Of a stretch of DNA of 64,000 nucleotides, positions 10,892 through 25,327 are shown piece by piece. The translations under genes were made by a program, and so were the position numbers. Under the pieces are notes generated by a model, which had not been told where the DNA came from, did not search any database, and was given only the letters and a program-made list of their open reading frames with translations. Numbering within the stretch: the first letter of the stretch is position 1; every line of letters begins with the position of its first letter. The DNA is from Paraspadella gotoi (Eukaryota > Animalia > Chaetognatha): contig CM119263.1 of NCBI GenBank assembly GCA_051294375.1, positions 27,096,631 to 27,160,630 on the forward strand, written 5' to 3'.

Positions 10892-13800
10892 TCAGGCGGA
10901 TTTGTTTTCGAGGATGACTTGTCTGACGAGATCGTCGATCAACATCGACTCGACTTGTACATCGGGAACGATGATCTTTATCAGTTCGGTCACGTTGGCT
11001 CGCAGGTCTTTGAGTTGAGTCTCCAGTGAGTCGAGGCGAGATTTCAACTCCTTATTCTCTTTGGTCTTTTCGTTGACGAATCTCAAAAGATCCTCGGATT
11101 TGTCTTCGTCGTCGTCGGCGACGGCGGCGGCGGATTTGGGCTTTTTCTTCTCCGGCGATTCGTCGTCTTCGTCGTCGTTGCGCGCGTCGTTGGATCCTCT
11201 CTTTCGCTTCTCAGCCAATGAGGAGTCGAGGGGCTCGTCGACGACGTCGCCGATCCCGTTCTCAACTGGTTCGTTCACAGTTTCGTTCACCGACTCGTTC
11301 GGGGTTTCGTCGGCCGGCTCCGCCGATTCGGGCTCTTCCTCGGAATCCGGCTCGGATTCGGGTTCCGGCTCTTCGGGTTCTTCCTCCTCCGGTTCCTCTG
11401 GTTCATCCGGCTCCTCCTCCGGTTCTTCTTCCTCATGTTCTGCCTCTTTCCCCTCTTCAAGGGCCTTTTTCTTTCTCTCCTCTCTTTCTTCTTTTTCCTT
11501 TTGTTTTTTCTCTTCCTTGGCTTTTCGTTTATTCTCCTTTTCCGCTTCCCTTTCCTTTTTTAATCTTTCCTTTTCTTTCAATTGTTCTTTTCTTTTCTTC
11601 TCCCTCTCCTTCTCTTTCTCTCTTCTTTCTTTTTCTTTCAGTTTCTCTTGCCTTTCCTTTTCTCTTTCTTTTTCCCGCCGCTCGCGTTCTTTTTCCTTTT
11701 CCCTATCCAAGCGCTCTTTTTCTTTTTCCTTAGCTATCCGTTCTTTCTCCTTCTCCTTCTCTATGCGCTCTTTCTCTTTCTCTTTAGCGATGCGTTCTTT
11801 CTCCTTTTCCTTGGCAATTCTTTCTTTCTCTTTTTCTTTAGCGATCCTCTCTTTTTCTTTTTCCTTCTCCTTCCTCTCTTTTTCCTTTTCCCTCTCCCGA
11901 CGTTCCTTCTCTCTTTCTTTCTCTTTTTCCTTCTCTAGTCTCGCCTTTTCCTTTGCTCTTTCTTCTTTTTCTTTCTCCTTTTGAGCTTTCTCTTCTTCCA
12001 TTTTTTCTTTATCTTCCTGCGCCGCTCGGTCGTCTTCTCCTTTTTTAATTCGCGAAGATTTCCTGGGCTCTTTCTCCGCATCGTCGTCGCCGTCTGCTTC
12101 CGCGTCTTCTTGCTCTTTTTCTTTGTCGTCTTCATCGTCGTCATTGTCGGCTTCGTCGTGGTTCATCGTGTCATCAGCATCAGCTTCGCCAGAGTTTGTG
12201 AGCTTTTCGTTCGCATCGGCTTCTTCTTGGCAATTGCCTTCCGACTCTTTGCAAGCATCGGCGCTTTTGTTGGCATCCGCCTCTACCCGTTGTTCTACTT
12301 CCGCCTCTTTGTTCGCATCTACCTCCTCCTCTTCATGAGTTGGAGAGGGCGGAGCAACGTTGTCTTCGTCGTCGCTGGCACTGAACAAGTCGCTGTTTAA
12401 GTTGGGTCCCGCGATGCTAGAGTTCGGAATGGCGCCGTTGACAGGCTGGGGTGCAAGCGGAGGAACGGGATCTTCAGCGGGAGAGTCTCGAACGGTGGGT
12501 TCGTCAGGAACCTTTTCCTGCGTATTCTCCTTTTCACCATCGATGGCTTTGTTCAATTCCTCAACATTAGGCTTCACGTCTCTGACAATGGAATGAATAG
12601 TATTTACGTAATATCATTTATCCAGTTTTAATTTAGCATAAATAATACAATTTCATCACTTCATCAGGCAACCCACCGTCGACGATCTTCATCAGTGAGG
12701 AAGCGGTCCATCCAAGTCGGATCAGTGAAGTCGATGCCTTCGTCATCAGAGTCTAGAGTGATGCAATCGTCCTCGGAGTCAGAAGCTGTAGCCGCCATCA
12801 CCTTCGATAGAACGTCGGGCGCGACATCCTTCACTTTCTTCAACTTTTTCTGTTAGAAGTTGACCAGAATAAGTTTGGGACAGTTTTGAAGTTAGTCGAA
12901 TGAGGTTTATTATGTTTAATGATCATTACCCCAGCCTTAGTGCATAGTTTTTTAAGCGTTGACTCTTTATCTTCTTGATCTTTTCTTTCCTTTTGCATTT
13001 TTCGAATTACCTGTCAATGAAATCATTTAATCAATAACATTTAAAAGTGAACAAACGAATGAAAAATAAACGGAAATCGTTATTCGTTCGCCTACCACGT
13101 GTTGTTTCGCCTCCCGCTTTTTGAGGTCGTTTAATTCTTTTCTCGCTTCCTCTAAATCGGCAACCGTGGGTTTGCATTCCCGAACCTATCGGAGAGAGAG
13201 TCGCAGTATAAATTAAATCAAATCTTGACAAACCGTCTAATACTTTAGTAACAAACCTCGGCCCCGTCCTTGCCCGCATCCTCCTCTTCTTCCTCCAACG
13301 GTTGATTCTTTTCCAACGCCATCATTTTCTTTTTCAATTTTTGATTTTCCCTGAAAATGCGATAAAGTTATAATATTGACCCCAAGTTGCACATTGAGAG
13401 AGGGGAGAATGATACGAGTAAGCCCACGCCCATTCACCTTTGCATCTGCGCCATCTTGGTGAGTGAATGACGCTTCTCCGCCTCTTCCTTGGCCTTCTTC
13501 ATCCTCTTCTCCTCTTCCTTCTTTTTCTTGACGGTCTTGTCGTAGGATGCCCGACACACGTCGGCCTCTTGCCCGTCGATTGGCTCCTCTGGGGCTTCGC
13601 ACGTGTTATATTTGAGATCGAGGTTGTCGCGACAATACCTTCCGGTTAAATTTAAATTATTATTAGCGAAGAAAAAAATTTCAAATGTTAACTTGACAAG
13701 AATTAGTTTTCGCTTTTTAAGTATAGTCAAACCAAATATTCCGACAATTATTTCTCTTCAACATGTTTTTTTTCTCACCCAAAGTAATAACAAAACAAAT

Positions 13801-15380
13801 TTTCACTCCGATTGGACTAATAAAATTCAAAAGAAAACAATTAAAACTTGAGAATAACGCACAGAAATAATAGTCAAGTCGTGTTATTTTAATTTTTATT
13901 ATTATTATTATTATTGTCATTTTTTATTTGAAGACAAAAAAGAAAATAAAGTTAGAGGGGGGGTTTTCGACTGGTTACGATTTTTTTCACATGCTTGTGA
14001 ATAAACGAGGAACCAGTTATTTTAGTGACGGGGGGCGGTCTCGAAAAAAGCCGAGCAATCCGTCCGATAAGGAATCCGTACCATTTATCGGGCAATCCGT
14101 CGTCGGTCATTCCCTGAGGCAGTCGGCGCCACTTAAGACACTTGTCGCACTGCGCCCAGTACCAATCTTGGATGATACAGCCCGCATCGTTGAGAATAAA
14201 GTAATTGTCCGAGTTCCCGCGAGCGTTCTGCGTGGACGAAGGGAAGAACCAAGCTTTTTATCAATCAACAGGTTAATTGGCGGTGAATTTATGCGGTAGC
14301 TAAACTAAACCTGAGCTGATTCGGGTCGGCACTTTTTTTCGAACCAGTAGTCGTTAAGTTTGCTGGCGAGTGCGACCATAAGGGCATTATATCTGTGGAA
14401 TAGCAATTGATAAAACATCTCCAGTTCATAGAATCTTAGAAGTAAAACGTACTTAAAATTACTTAAATTCTAAAAAAATATACGACGTCACGTACCGATC
14501 TGTTTTATTGAAATCTTGCTTGTTGTGAATTGGAGTCAAGAAATCCGCCTCGATGACTCCCACAACTCCGACGCCGTGTTGATTGGCCTATGGTTAGATC
14601 GAATTATTTTACACATTTATCGTGGGTCGTTAAAAAATAGAGTATATATAGGTAAAAATTAGGTATAAGTCTTCCGAAAAATTGCAATATGAACCCAATC
14701 TAACTAATTTTTATAAAGTTAAGACGGAATAAGAGACAAAAGAGCATCGGCTCACCAAAATTCAAAAAAGTTCTCACCTCTTTTTGGCATCCGACCCGCT
14801 CAAAGGCTTTGATCATCCTATTCCTGTGATACATCATCATCCCGTACTCGTCGCGCGATGGACTGAACCCGAAGAAAATCTGAACCGAAAGAGAAAAGTT
14901 AAAGTCCGAGCAGAAACGCGTCGCTGCATCCCAAAAACATATTTTCCCTTTCCCAGTTTACGACGGCGATAAAAATAACAAGAGGCAATTGGTCTTTTAC
15001 AACGAAATGGAAAAGCAAACAAGTTGTGATAAAAAAACAATTATTCTATTATTATCTTACTGGAATCCCGACGTCGAGCCAACGAGGTTTATAGTTGTCG
15101 GTTTCCGTGTTGGAGAGGGATTTGCTGATGAGCTTGGTCTTTACTTTCTTGCCGCGGATCATTATTCGCAATCTGGAAAATGGAAATTTTGGAAGATTTA
15201 ATTAATGTTAGAAAACTTTAAAAATATACATTTTATAAATTTTATAATTGGCGGAAATTACCTGGGTTTTAAAAAGAGGATGGAGCAATATTCTCGAAGA
15301 CTTTTTCGGTATTTGGGCTTGTATTCAACTTCATACGCGATACTCCCTACAAATCGGGTTTAGTAAAAAAAATTGTTAGA

Positions 15381-15435
<55 letters not shown>

Positions 15436-16808
15436 TCCAACGGTAGATAAGGTTTATAAGAGAAAACTATTTACCAGCGTCGAGTTTTGCCATCTCTGGG
15501 TTGAGGATGTCATCACGGTCACTCATGAAATCGAGCTCGTACTGAGGTGCGGAGATATCAAGGCTGTGATATCTGTGAATGAAAATTCAAGCAGAAAATA
15601 AATCATAAGTTTCGTTTACTTAAGTTTGAAAATGGTTTACAGTCCAGATTACATACATTATTACAGTTTCAACCGAAAAAAAACCTGTTTAAATTGTATA
15701 TAACGATCTTGGTCCCAGTCTTAGAATCGATGGACAAAAGTTCTTGCAGCAACGAGTGTGCGCTTTTGAAAATCGAGTAACTGATAATCGCTTTCAAATT
15801 CTCTTGCATCTGAGGTAGAGGGAGCATGCGACGGGTCGTCGATTGCCACGAGACGATGGGGACGATGACGCTATCGGAGGCAATCTGGACAAGCGGGGCG
15901 TAATGGCAGATTATTTAGAAAAGAAGATCCGCGGAGAACACTTTGACCGCACCTGCTTGAGGTATGTCTGCGATAAAAAACCCACAGACATGGTATCCTT
16001 TTTCTTGGTGAAGACGATGGCGTCTTTGCCCAAGCGCATCGACCCGGATTTAAACCCGTTCCCGTAATGGCCCACTGGCTTGACTCCCCCGATTTCAACT
16101 TTCTCGCAATAGCCAAAACTGAGGAAAAAATCGGTTATATTAAGCCTAATTTTAAGGAAATAGATTTCGAATTAAATTTTATAAAAATTTAATGACCTGA
16201 GCATTTTGTGTAATCCTTCCAAATCCAGTCCACCTCCATCGTCCTTAAACGTGAGACACTTGACATTGTTGATTTCCACGACATCAATGGCCAGCGTTTT
16301 GGCTCCCACGTCGGGATCGTAAGCATTGTCTTTTAATTAAAATAAAAATAACTAATTTGAAGATAAAATTTCTTTTTTTCTAAATAATAACTCATTCGAA
16401 TTAAATAGGGGGAAAAAATCCGAATGAAAACTAGTTTCTCAAAAATATTTACTATCGACATAAAAAAGAACGTGTGTAGAAGACTTTTTTTCCCTTCGTG
16501 AAAGGATTTGTGAAGAGAGAAAGATTCTTGGGCCGATGAGCGTAAATCAGTAGCAGCAGGTAAAAGGAAACGAAAGATGTTTTAAAAAGACGAAAGCGAT
16601 AAAAGCAACAAGACTTTTCTCCCGTCCACGATTTTTAAGACTTCGCGACGGAAAGAGGATCGATGATTGGCGCGACGGGATGGTCGGCCCCGACTCGTCA
16701 CGTCACTAGCTCGCTCCTTTAAACATTTCTTCTTTTTCCTTTTACTTTCTTTTTTGTGTTTGATAAGAGTAAAAGGGAGTCGGTCGTCACGGCAGTAGGG
16801 CTACGAAG

Positions 16809-16868
<60 letters not shown>

Positions 16869-17334
16869 AGGGGGAGAGGCGTGATGGGGAGAGTTTTATC
16901 TGTCAGAGAGCGGAAAAGAGGGCCTGGATTAGGGGCGAAATATCGGAGAGAAGTAGGGGAGTTTCAGGAAATGATGAAAAGAGCTATGATTTATTACCTC
17001 ACCCAGGGATGGAGGAGCTATTGAGTGGATATGTGAGAAAATCTGGCGCAAAGCATTCGGAAAATTTCCGCCATGGGTGGGAAATATCTCAATTTTTATG
17101 GGCTTATAGGCTTATGCTCTTACAATCAAAACATTTCGGATAGATGTTATTATTATACTGACCGATTAACTCCGCAATGGCCGAAAAAATCCAAGTGTGG
17201 CTAGTGGAATTGGCGTGTAAAAACGCAGGTGAGGTCTGGCAAATTTAAATAAAAATTATTATGAAATACATACTTCACTAAAAATTATAAAATGTACTTA
17301 CTTTACTAAATCTGATTCCTTGATTATTCGCCAT
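10892..17334 (-). CDS. MORC3: MORC family CW-type zinc finger ATPase (MORC3/4-type architecture), 18 exons, ~1216 aa
   Basis: Exons: 17302-17334, 17163-17235, 16197-16329, 15953-16118, 15685-15884, 15475-15572, 15262-15346, 15061-15172, 14778-14879, 14496-14587, 14311-14392, 14082-14227, 13438-13638, 13257-13350, 13096-13185, 12930-13010, 12677-12849, 10892-12581 (sum 3651 nt, in frame). GHKL motifs [28 protein letters not shown] and [17 protein letters not shown]; S5 fold [17 protein letters not shown]; CW finger [14 protein letters not shown]...WYCRDN...C; C-terminal coiled coil. The symbol denotes the MORC3/4 class, not strict orthology. Confidence 0.93.
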
Positions 17335-18205
17335 CGCCTAATGTTGCCTTAAAAAAATGAGAACAATGTTATATAATAATTTAACTAAAACTACATGAAA
17401 GTTAAACATTAGAGACTAGGGGTATAATTTAAAATTTATACTGAAATTTTAAAATAATACCCTCAACGAGGGTCTCGTGCTTTGGATCCACTGCCAGACA
17501 TCAGAAACAAGAGGCTAAGTGAGGAAAACTAACAAAATAGAATAAAAAGTAAAATTTTAAATCCGAAATACAATGTAATTAATTTTTTTTAAACTTATAA
17601 TTTTTACGAACAAATTTTTATTATACTTAATATCACAAATTATTTATATACTATTTGAATTAAGGCGGTTAAATCGTAGCGCGACTATTTCCCATGTCCC
17701 TGTGCGAACTCTGCTTCGTTTGCGAAGCCTGCTTGAAAAATTATCAGAACTGACGAAAAAAGCAGCGAGTTCGAGGATCCCACTGCTTCGTTTTTGCCCT
17801 CAGCTCTCAAAACCATTTGAGGGAAAAATTATTTAAACAGATAATAAAATGGGATTTATAGGTAATTTACCTGCGACTCGATCCGTTCCCGGACGCCAAA
17901 TTTGTTAAATCCTGTCCTCCGTCAACTGGCGGAATATAAATCTCATAAATATTACAAAAAGGTTTTTAACATATTTCTTTGTAAGAGAGATAACCGAGAG
18001 GAAGAGGAGAAATAAGCAGTAGAATTCATGCGGGAAACAGTCTTTTCCATCACAACCAATGGGAAACTGCTCTTAATCTGTCGAGCAACTGGGAAACAGT
18101 TCTTATCATCTGCTTAACTGTTTTCTGTTAGAAAAAAAACTAGGTTTTAGAAGAATTTAAAGCAGAATTTATAAGTATTGTTGCATCATTGATTATTAAC
18201 AATAC

Positions 18206-18268
18206 CAGGGGCAAGATAGCTTATTTATTAAATGAATGGATAATTTTTATATTGGTTGTACCAATTTC
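18206..18268 (+). mobile_element. Short 5'-truncated copy of the same retroposon
   Basis: CAGGGGCAAGATAGC...TACCAATTTC, identical to the 3' end of the 5222-5459 copy. Confidence 0.8.
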
Positions 18269-19633
18269 ATAATATTTTTGCTGAAGTGACATTCATAAAA
18301 ACCAGTAAAATATTTGATAATAAAAATGAGATTCGTTGGTCTATAAAAAAATATATCAAGAGGCATAGGTTATTATTTTATTATTCTACTTTTCGTAACC
18401 TGATTCATTTTTTCTTAATTATATATAAATTATTTTTAAAATATTAAAATTTTAATTTAGAATAACTCCGATGTTCCTTTTTCGTGTTTCATAGAGTCAT
18501 AATATAAATTTTTTGTATATTTAAAAAAATTTAAAAATGTTTAAATTTTAGTTTTATGGGGCCCCATTAAAATTTCTGATTATACTTATTGATATAGGCT
18601 ATTGAGATAGGCATGTTTTAAAACTTGATAACATGGTCACTTTATATATTACAGTTCAAAAAATCAAATTTTTTTTTCGGTAGAAAAAAAAATCTTAATT
18701 TTTTAAAATTCTTTGAACAAAACTTCAACTTGACTTGTGTTACCCTTTTAATGTTTTTTGATTAACTTTCATGGACGACCCTCCACAAAACAAAAAGCAT
18801 TTGACTTTGTCCAGCTTATAAATTACAATAAACAAAACCCGCATTGATTAGCATAGTGTGAAGTCAAAGCAGAAAACCAGAATTTCAAATAATTCGAAAA
18901 TCAGAAAATTTGAAAAAAAGATTTTTTGTGAATACTTTCTTTCGTTGCGTTTAGGAGTTTGTTTGAGGAAAGAAAATTTGTATTTCTTGCGATCATTTGG
19001 GATTCGGGGTTTGAGCGGGACTCCTCAGACTAATAAACGTATGGACAATGGCCAATCTTCTGTACTTCTGATATAATCAGTCCGTGATTATTCTGCCATA
19101 ATTTGTAGTTGTTTGCGTTTAATTAATGATTAGTACTTTTATAAATTAGTAGTTAGCAATTATTGACAGTTTTGAATATCTATAGACTATATACGTTGAT
19201 TATTTTTATGAAGGTGGAATAAGTTACTGTTTATAAACTTTAGGGCCCAAGCAGTTCTTATCTTCAGTACGGTTTCTCTTTTATCCCTTAAAAAATTATC
19301 CCCTCCACCCCTTTCTGTTTAGACTTTTAGATATTTTGATTATTCAATTAATGTCTTACTAACAAGAATGAATATCTTAATGGAAAACGAGGGCAGAAAG
19401 TACGTTATTAATAAGAAATAAATAATAGTTTAAAAATCTAAATATGTAAAATATGTTTAACTTTTATAGTATCAAATTTTTTGTCTAATATAGTAAAACA
19501 AGTAATCTTGCAATTTTACTTATAATGGATTATTTTTAAAATATATAATAATATAAAATATAATATAAAAATATTTAAAAAGTAATAAATAGCAAGGTTA
19601 ATGAAAAAAAATTATTTAAACTCCGATCAATTA

Positions 19634-20384
19634 CACGGATTACAAATGGTAGTGAAATGAAAGGATAAAATACTGTGGCTAAATAATTTGTTATAGCAAC
19701 TTCAGATTTTGCACTCTGGTAAAAAAATGATGTTTTTTATTTTTTAACTCCCAATAGGCCAGCTTGTTTACTTTCTTAGTAATGGGCTTATCAATAACCT
19801 GGTCGAATTTCAATTTTTTTTTTTGCATTTGAATAGGACCTTATTGTTATAAGATATATTATTATGTAAAAAAATTAAATGTTTGAAAATTTTAGTTCAT
19901 CTTACAAATATAGTATGTATCTGAGCAATCAGAATATCAAAAACTATCAAAAACCACAATGACAGCTATTTTTATTTTATAGGTTTTTTAGTTATAACTT
20001 ATAGAACATAAAAAGAATTTTAAAAGAACAATGATCTGGCAAGAGCCTGTTACTTAACTAATCCTTGAAATATAGTAATAATATTTTTTTGCATGCTCCC
20101 GAGATATTATACTAGCTAATAATTATAAAATAATCTAAATTTTTGTCTCAATTTTTTTCATAATAAGTTTAAAATTTAATTATCAAATGGGGAATAATGT
20201 TGCAAAAAAAGCTGCTGTAAGGCAAGTGTACCAGCTGCTATGATATGAAGTATTATCAATTTGCTTTATAGGAACATAAACGTCAGGGAATTTTCTAACT
20301 AATAAAATGAACAAATATTAATCACAGTTATTCAGCGAAGAGTTATTACAATTCTTTTCATTTCACTCCCATTTGAAATCCGTG
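19634..20384. mobile_element. Tc1/mariner-like MITE (TA TSD)
   Basis: ~30-bp TIRs CACGGATTACAAATGGTAGTGAAATGAAA and TTTCATTTCACTCCCATTTGAAATCCGTG, each flanked by TA. Confidence 0.7.
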
Positions 20385-21059
20385 TACTTTTATATTCTCA
20401 CGTCTTTTGTTCGTTGTGAAATAGTGACGAGAATCTTGGAATTACCCCGCGCGTTAAGTCGAAACTACGGAAAGCATTAGGAAACAAAAAAACATTTTGC
20501 TCTGGTTCATACAAAAATAACTTTGGACAAGATAACAATCAATCAAGACACTTAGTCTATTTTAAAAAACTCGCAGAGTAACTGGGTGAAGTAGTATAAT
20601 GTTTTCATAAAAGGTTTCAATGGTCTGACACGACCACTCCATTATGTTTAATGCTTAATACTGAAAGAATTATTCTAGAAATTATATTAGTTTCGTTTGT
20701 TTTATTCTCATTTTGAAATTTTGACTTCTAAATGCCAAAAAGTTTTTCTTCCTGTCACATTTATTTTCCTTTTTATTTTAGCGAACTTATTAAATTGTTG
20801 TTTTAAACTAAAATTTCCATTTTTAGAAGAAAAAAATAATGCAGTTTAATTAAGTTACTTATAAATACATGCGACCTTTTCGTATATAGGAAAAATCCGA
20901 TTCCAATAATGCCTAAGGCTAAAGAGAAACTTTAAATTTTTACATAGAAGAGTTTAGAAAAAGCAGTATATGGTCGAATCGTCCGAAATAGCCCAATGTA
21001 TCCCATGTATATATTTAGTACAAATCTCTAGTACAAATCTTTAGTACAAGCCTCATATT

Positions 21060-21870
21060 GACGATTATCGGTGACGACGTCGCTGCTCTTTCTTTATCGT
21101 CCTTCTCATCGTCTTCTTCCCGTTTGGTCCTCGTCGTCGTCGTAGTCGTTCTTCATCTCAATCTTCGGTCACGGAACCATTTCCGAGTTCCCCTTTCGGT
21201 CGCGCGCCTCCCGTCACACAAGCGAGAAGCGAAACTGCGATTTGCATGCGATTAAGGCGATCCCTCCACGCGATGTTGCCGTGACATTTTTCCCTCGGCC
21301 GATGCCCAATGATATTTTTGGAATTTACTTTTTATAACTATCAACAAATAAATTCCGTATACGTTATATACAAAGCGTGGAATCGATAATTATAACTTAT
21401 TCTTCGTGAAAGAGTCGGAATTTTTAGAATTCCTGCTCTCACATTTGTACAGCCGAACGGCGAGAGGAAGAGAGAGTGAGTGAAATTCCGCTACTTCTGC
21501 GCGTGAATCCTTCTCGGCCTCACGGTCGCGCGCGCGTCTCGTCACGTGACCCATCGGACCACGTGACTCCTCGTCCCCCTCGGCGCGCGCGATTTTGTGA
21601 GGAAATTGTTTCGGTGAATCGTGAGACTCGACGCTCGACTTTTCGATTCCACGAACTCAATTTTTATTTTTTCTGGCCGCAACAACGAAAATCGTCGACG
21701 ACGACAAAAGTGTTTTAATCGAATTTCTCCGTTTCTCTCCAATTAACCCCAACGCGAGAACCAACGGACATACGGACGGACCTTCGAACGGACATCCGGA
21801 CGGACGTACAAAGATTAAACCTCGCGAAAGGGAATTTTCGAGCGAATTCATAGCTCCGACACTCGGGAAC
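21060..21870. promoter_or_regulatory. CpG-rich promoter-like island with two E-box/CLEAR-type motifs
   Basis: High CpG density against an AT-rich background; GTCACGTGAC at 21541-21550 and CACGTGAC at 21560-21567; plus-strand GTGAGT donor downstream at 22147. Confidence 0.45.
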
Positions 21871-22486
21871 AAATTCTGAGTTTAAATCAACGTTGGATTT
21901 TAATATCGTCGTATTACGTATGAATTAAATGAATTAAAAAAATACGTTTTAATTAATGTACAAAAATGAATCGGTGGATCCGTCAACGCATCGCTTATTT
22001 CGCCCGACATCAGGATATTAACAACAATAACAATCGCCAGGATAACAATGCAGTCGACAACGCCCATCACACCAACAACAACGCCAACAACGATCACAAC
22101 AATAACAACAACAACAACACCTCCAACGCGTGACGACCCGTCGTCGGTGAGTTCTCAGTTTTTCCACGAAATTTCCTGAGAAACTTTTTTTTCGGGGGGG
22201 GGTGGGGGCGTTATACCAAAAAATCGATAGGTGGTTTTTTTTGTTCGTATTTTAACCATCGTCCACACGCGATCGACGGAAAGCTAAAGAAAGAATAAGG
22301 GCGAAGGTTGAGCTTTGAAACTGGGGCAAGCTTTTATGGTTTTTCAATACTTTTGAAGTTCGAGGGTGATTGGTTAATTCCCACTCAACCTTCAAAAGAG
22401 GAATCGTCCAGCACGAGGATCGGGAAAAGGTGTTTCGTTCCTTGCGTGCAAAACTGCCTGAAGTCTAAAAAGTCTAAAAAGTAAAC

Positions 22487-22619
<133 letters not shown>

Positions 22620-25327
22620 GTCAAAATCGCATTTAAAAGCAATGAAATGAAAACCCAAACGTCTAACAGGATCAAGACGCCACACGTGATGCCAGTTACG
22701 CCGCGGTGCCGTTGCCATTCGAATTGCCAGTTGCGCGGACGGTCGCGAGAGAAAAGATGGCAAAAACCTTTTCAATCTAATGTTTTGTTTTTCTTTGTTT
22801 CTCGAAGAGAGAAAGGGAGACTTCGCCGTGGAGAGTAGATGAGATAAGATGGAGGAAAAGTAAAAGAAGAATTGGAAAAAAGGCAGAGTCTAGGGAATAT
22901 TATGAAGAAAAAAAATGGGTAAGATTAAGAAAGAAATATTTGAGCGAGTTAAAAAAGGAAAGAGAATCCAATTATTGATAAACAAGAAAACAATGAAAAG
23001 ATAAAAAAAGATTAGTAAACAGAAAGCAATACAGTATTCCTTATATGTATTTAAGCTTACATAAATAATTAATGTGTTTTATTTTTATTTTAATTTATTT
23101 TTTTTTTATTCTTTGCAATAAGAAGTCTGAGAATATTACATAAGAAGTAGTGAAAAAAAACCCGACAAATAGAAAAAAAATATGTAAGCAAATATATCTG
23201 CGAAAGAGAAAAATAAAAAAAAATACCAAAGAAACAGGAACGACAAACGTGATCTTTTGAAGATGACTCATGGGTAAATAAAAACATGGCGCGGAATGCA
23301 TGGTTGGTATTTAAATAAGTAGAAATCATATTCTAGTTTTCCGCTTCTGCTTTGTTTGTCCAAAATCTTTGGTTTATTTTAATAAATCTGTAACAAGAAT
23401 TTTGATTAAGAGCAAAGATAACGACGAGGTATAATTTGTAGTGGTAGTAAGAGTAATAGTACTCCCTCTCTTTCCACGCGCGCGTTCGTCTTAAAATCCC
23501 TTACTACGAAAACCCGCGAGGCAGGAATCGTACGACGAAGACCGGAACCCAATCCTCTCGTCAAATCGGCATTAGGGGGGGGGGCGGCAAAAGTTTGGAG
23601 GCGGAGATAAGGACGAGGTCGTATAAAAGAGAGGAAAAAAAAGGAAAATAAAGATTAAGAAAGAGAAAGTGAAGAAGGAAGAAAGAAAAGGAAGAAGAAA
23701 GGCGGAGAAGAAAACAGGTTCGACATTCAAAAGAGGAAAAGACGCGACCGTAAAATGAGAAGAAAAGAAAAATAAAAAAGAAAGAGAGGGAGAAAAGAAA
23801 ATAAGAAAGGAAGCCACTCTCCTTCCTCTCGTTCTCGTAAAAAGTGGAAGAAGCGCCGGAGTTTTAAAGTCGTTTTTTTCGGCAGCGCCGGCTTTCGTTC
23901 CCGGCGACGCCGCCGGCGCCGAAAGTACGTGTCCGTGGTCGACCGGGAGGCCGAGATGCTGACCGGGTGAACCGGAAATAACGATCGAGTGGCGTGACGC
24001 GTTTACCTAAATTCGGTGATGGCGTTTCGCCTGAGGAGAAGCAGTTCTCATCGAGTTGCGCGGAATGGACGATCAAAAGCGCATTATAAAATTGGGCATC
24101 TTTCACTTTTCATTATGATAACTAAGTTTAAGCCTTTTTTCGATAGTTAAAATAACATTCTTAACTTGAGCCTGAATTGCTTTTATTTTTTATTTTTTCG
24201 ATCGCCTATGGTGTGCGTTATGTGGACGGTTTGCACCCCATGCATTTTCAAAATCTCGCTCGTTATGCGATAAGCGATAACCGGTGGGTGGCTTGAATTC
24301 GAACCAGGTCTCGAAACGATAACCGCCTAAACCCCAGGGTAATAGAAAAGGATAAGAAAGAAAACAAAGGGGAGAACTAAGATAAGAAAAGAAGGTATAT
24401 GTAGGAAGAGGCATCAAAAATGGTAGGTCGGTTGGTAGGTGGATAGGTAATTCGAAAAGAAAATACGGCGAGTTTGAGAAATTGTTCAAAGATAATTTGT
24501 AGGAAATTGAGCCAGTATCCTAAAAGATAAATAAAAATTTGATTTAAATTTTAAATTAAACCTAAAGTGGGGAGATAAAAATCAGCAAATGGTTACAAAC
24601 TAAAAAAAGAAGAATTTCGACGGCGTTAAAAATGCATTATGTGAAATGTGTGCATTTTGCGGCGGTACCAGGAGGAAACGAATGTTCCAGGCATCGCTGT
24701 CGTCTTTGGCGCATGGCAGCGCCCTCACCGAACCTTTGACCTAGGGTTTAGGTTTTGATCGTTTTGGGTGGAGAAAAAGGAGATAACATTGGTGGTTCGA
24801 TTTTAACGGTGGCTGGGGTGGCAAAAGTGGTGGTGGTGGTGAATAGGTCAGTGGCACCCTTAGACCAAAAGGGCATCGCCCGGTGGAAGGAAAAAAGTCT
24901 GATGCGCGGGCGCGGAACCCAAAAAGATAACCCCTTGGCCTAGACACGGCTAATGACGCTCTCTCTCTCTCGCTCTCTCTCTCTCTCCCTCCCTCTCTCC
25001 CCCTCTCTCTCTCTCTCTCCCACAAAAGGAGAACGTGTGGACGCAAACGAATGCTCTAGATTCGCTTCAAGGCCGGGGAATCCAGGCACGAGAATGCACG
25101 GATGAAAGATAGTCTGCTATTGTTGGCCTTATCTGTCTAATTCTATTAAGTTAAATATAAATAAGTAGCATAATTCTTTATCAGATACTTTTATTTGTAT
25201 AATAGTACTCTAATTCAAAGTATAAGTAAAAACGCACTTTTCGATCGTGACACTATTTATACATGTTTTACACCTGTTGCACCATACGCCTCAGACCTGT
25301 TTTTTTACTATCCTTCGTTGCAATTGT

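Noticed and set aside
11061-12400. Long Ser/Phe-rich plus-strand ORFs
   Set aside because: Antisense shadows of the charged MORC last exon.
24280-24335. GGTTCGAA B-box on the minus strand suggesting a tRNA
   Set aside because: No cloverleaf or properly spaced A-box.
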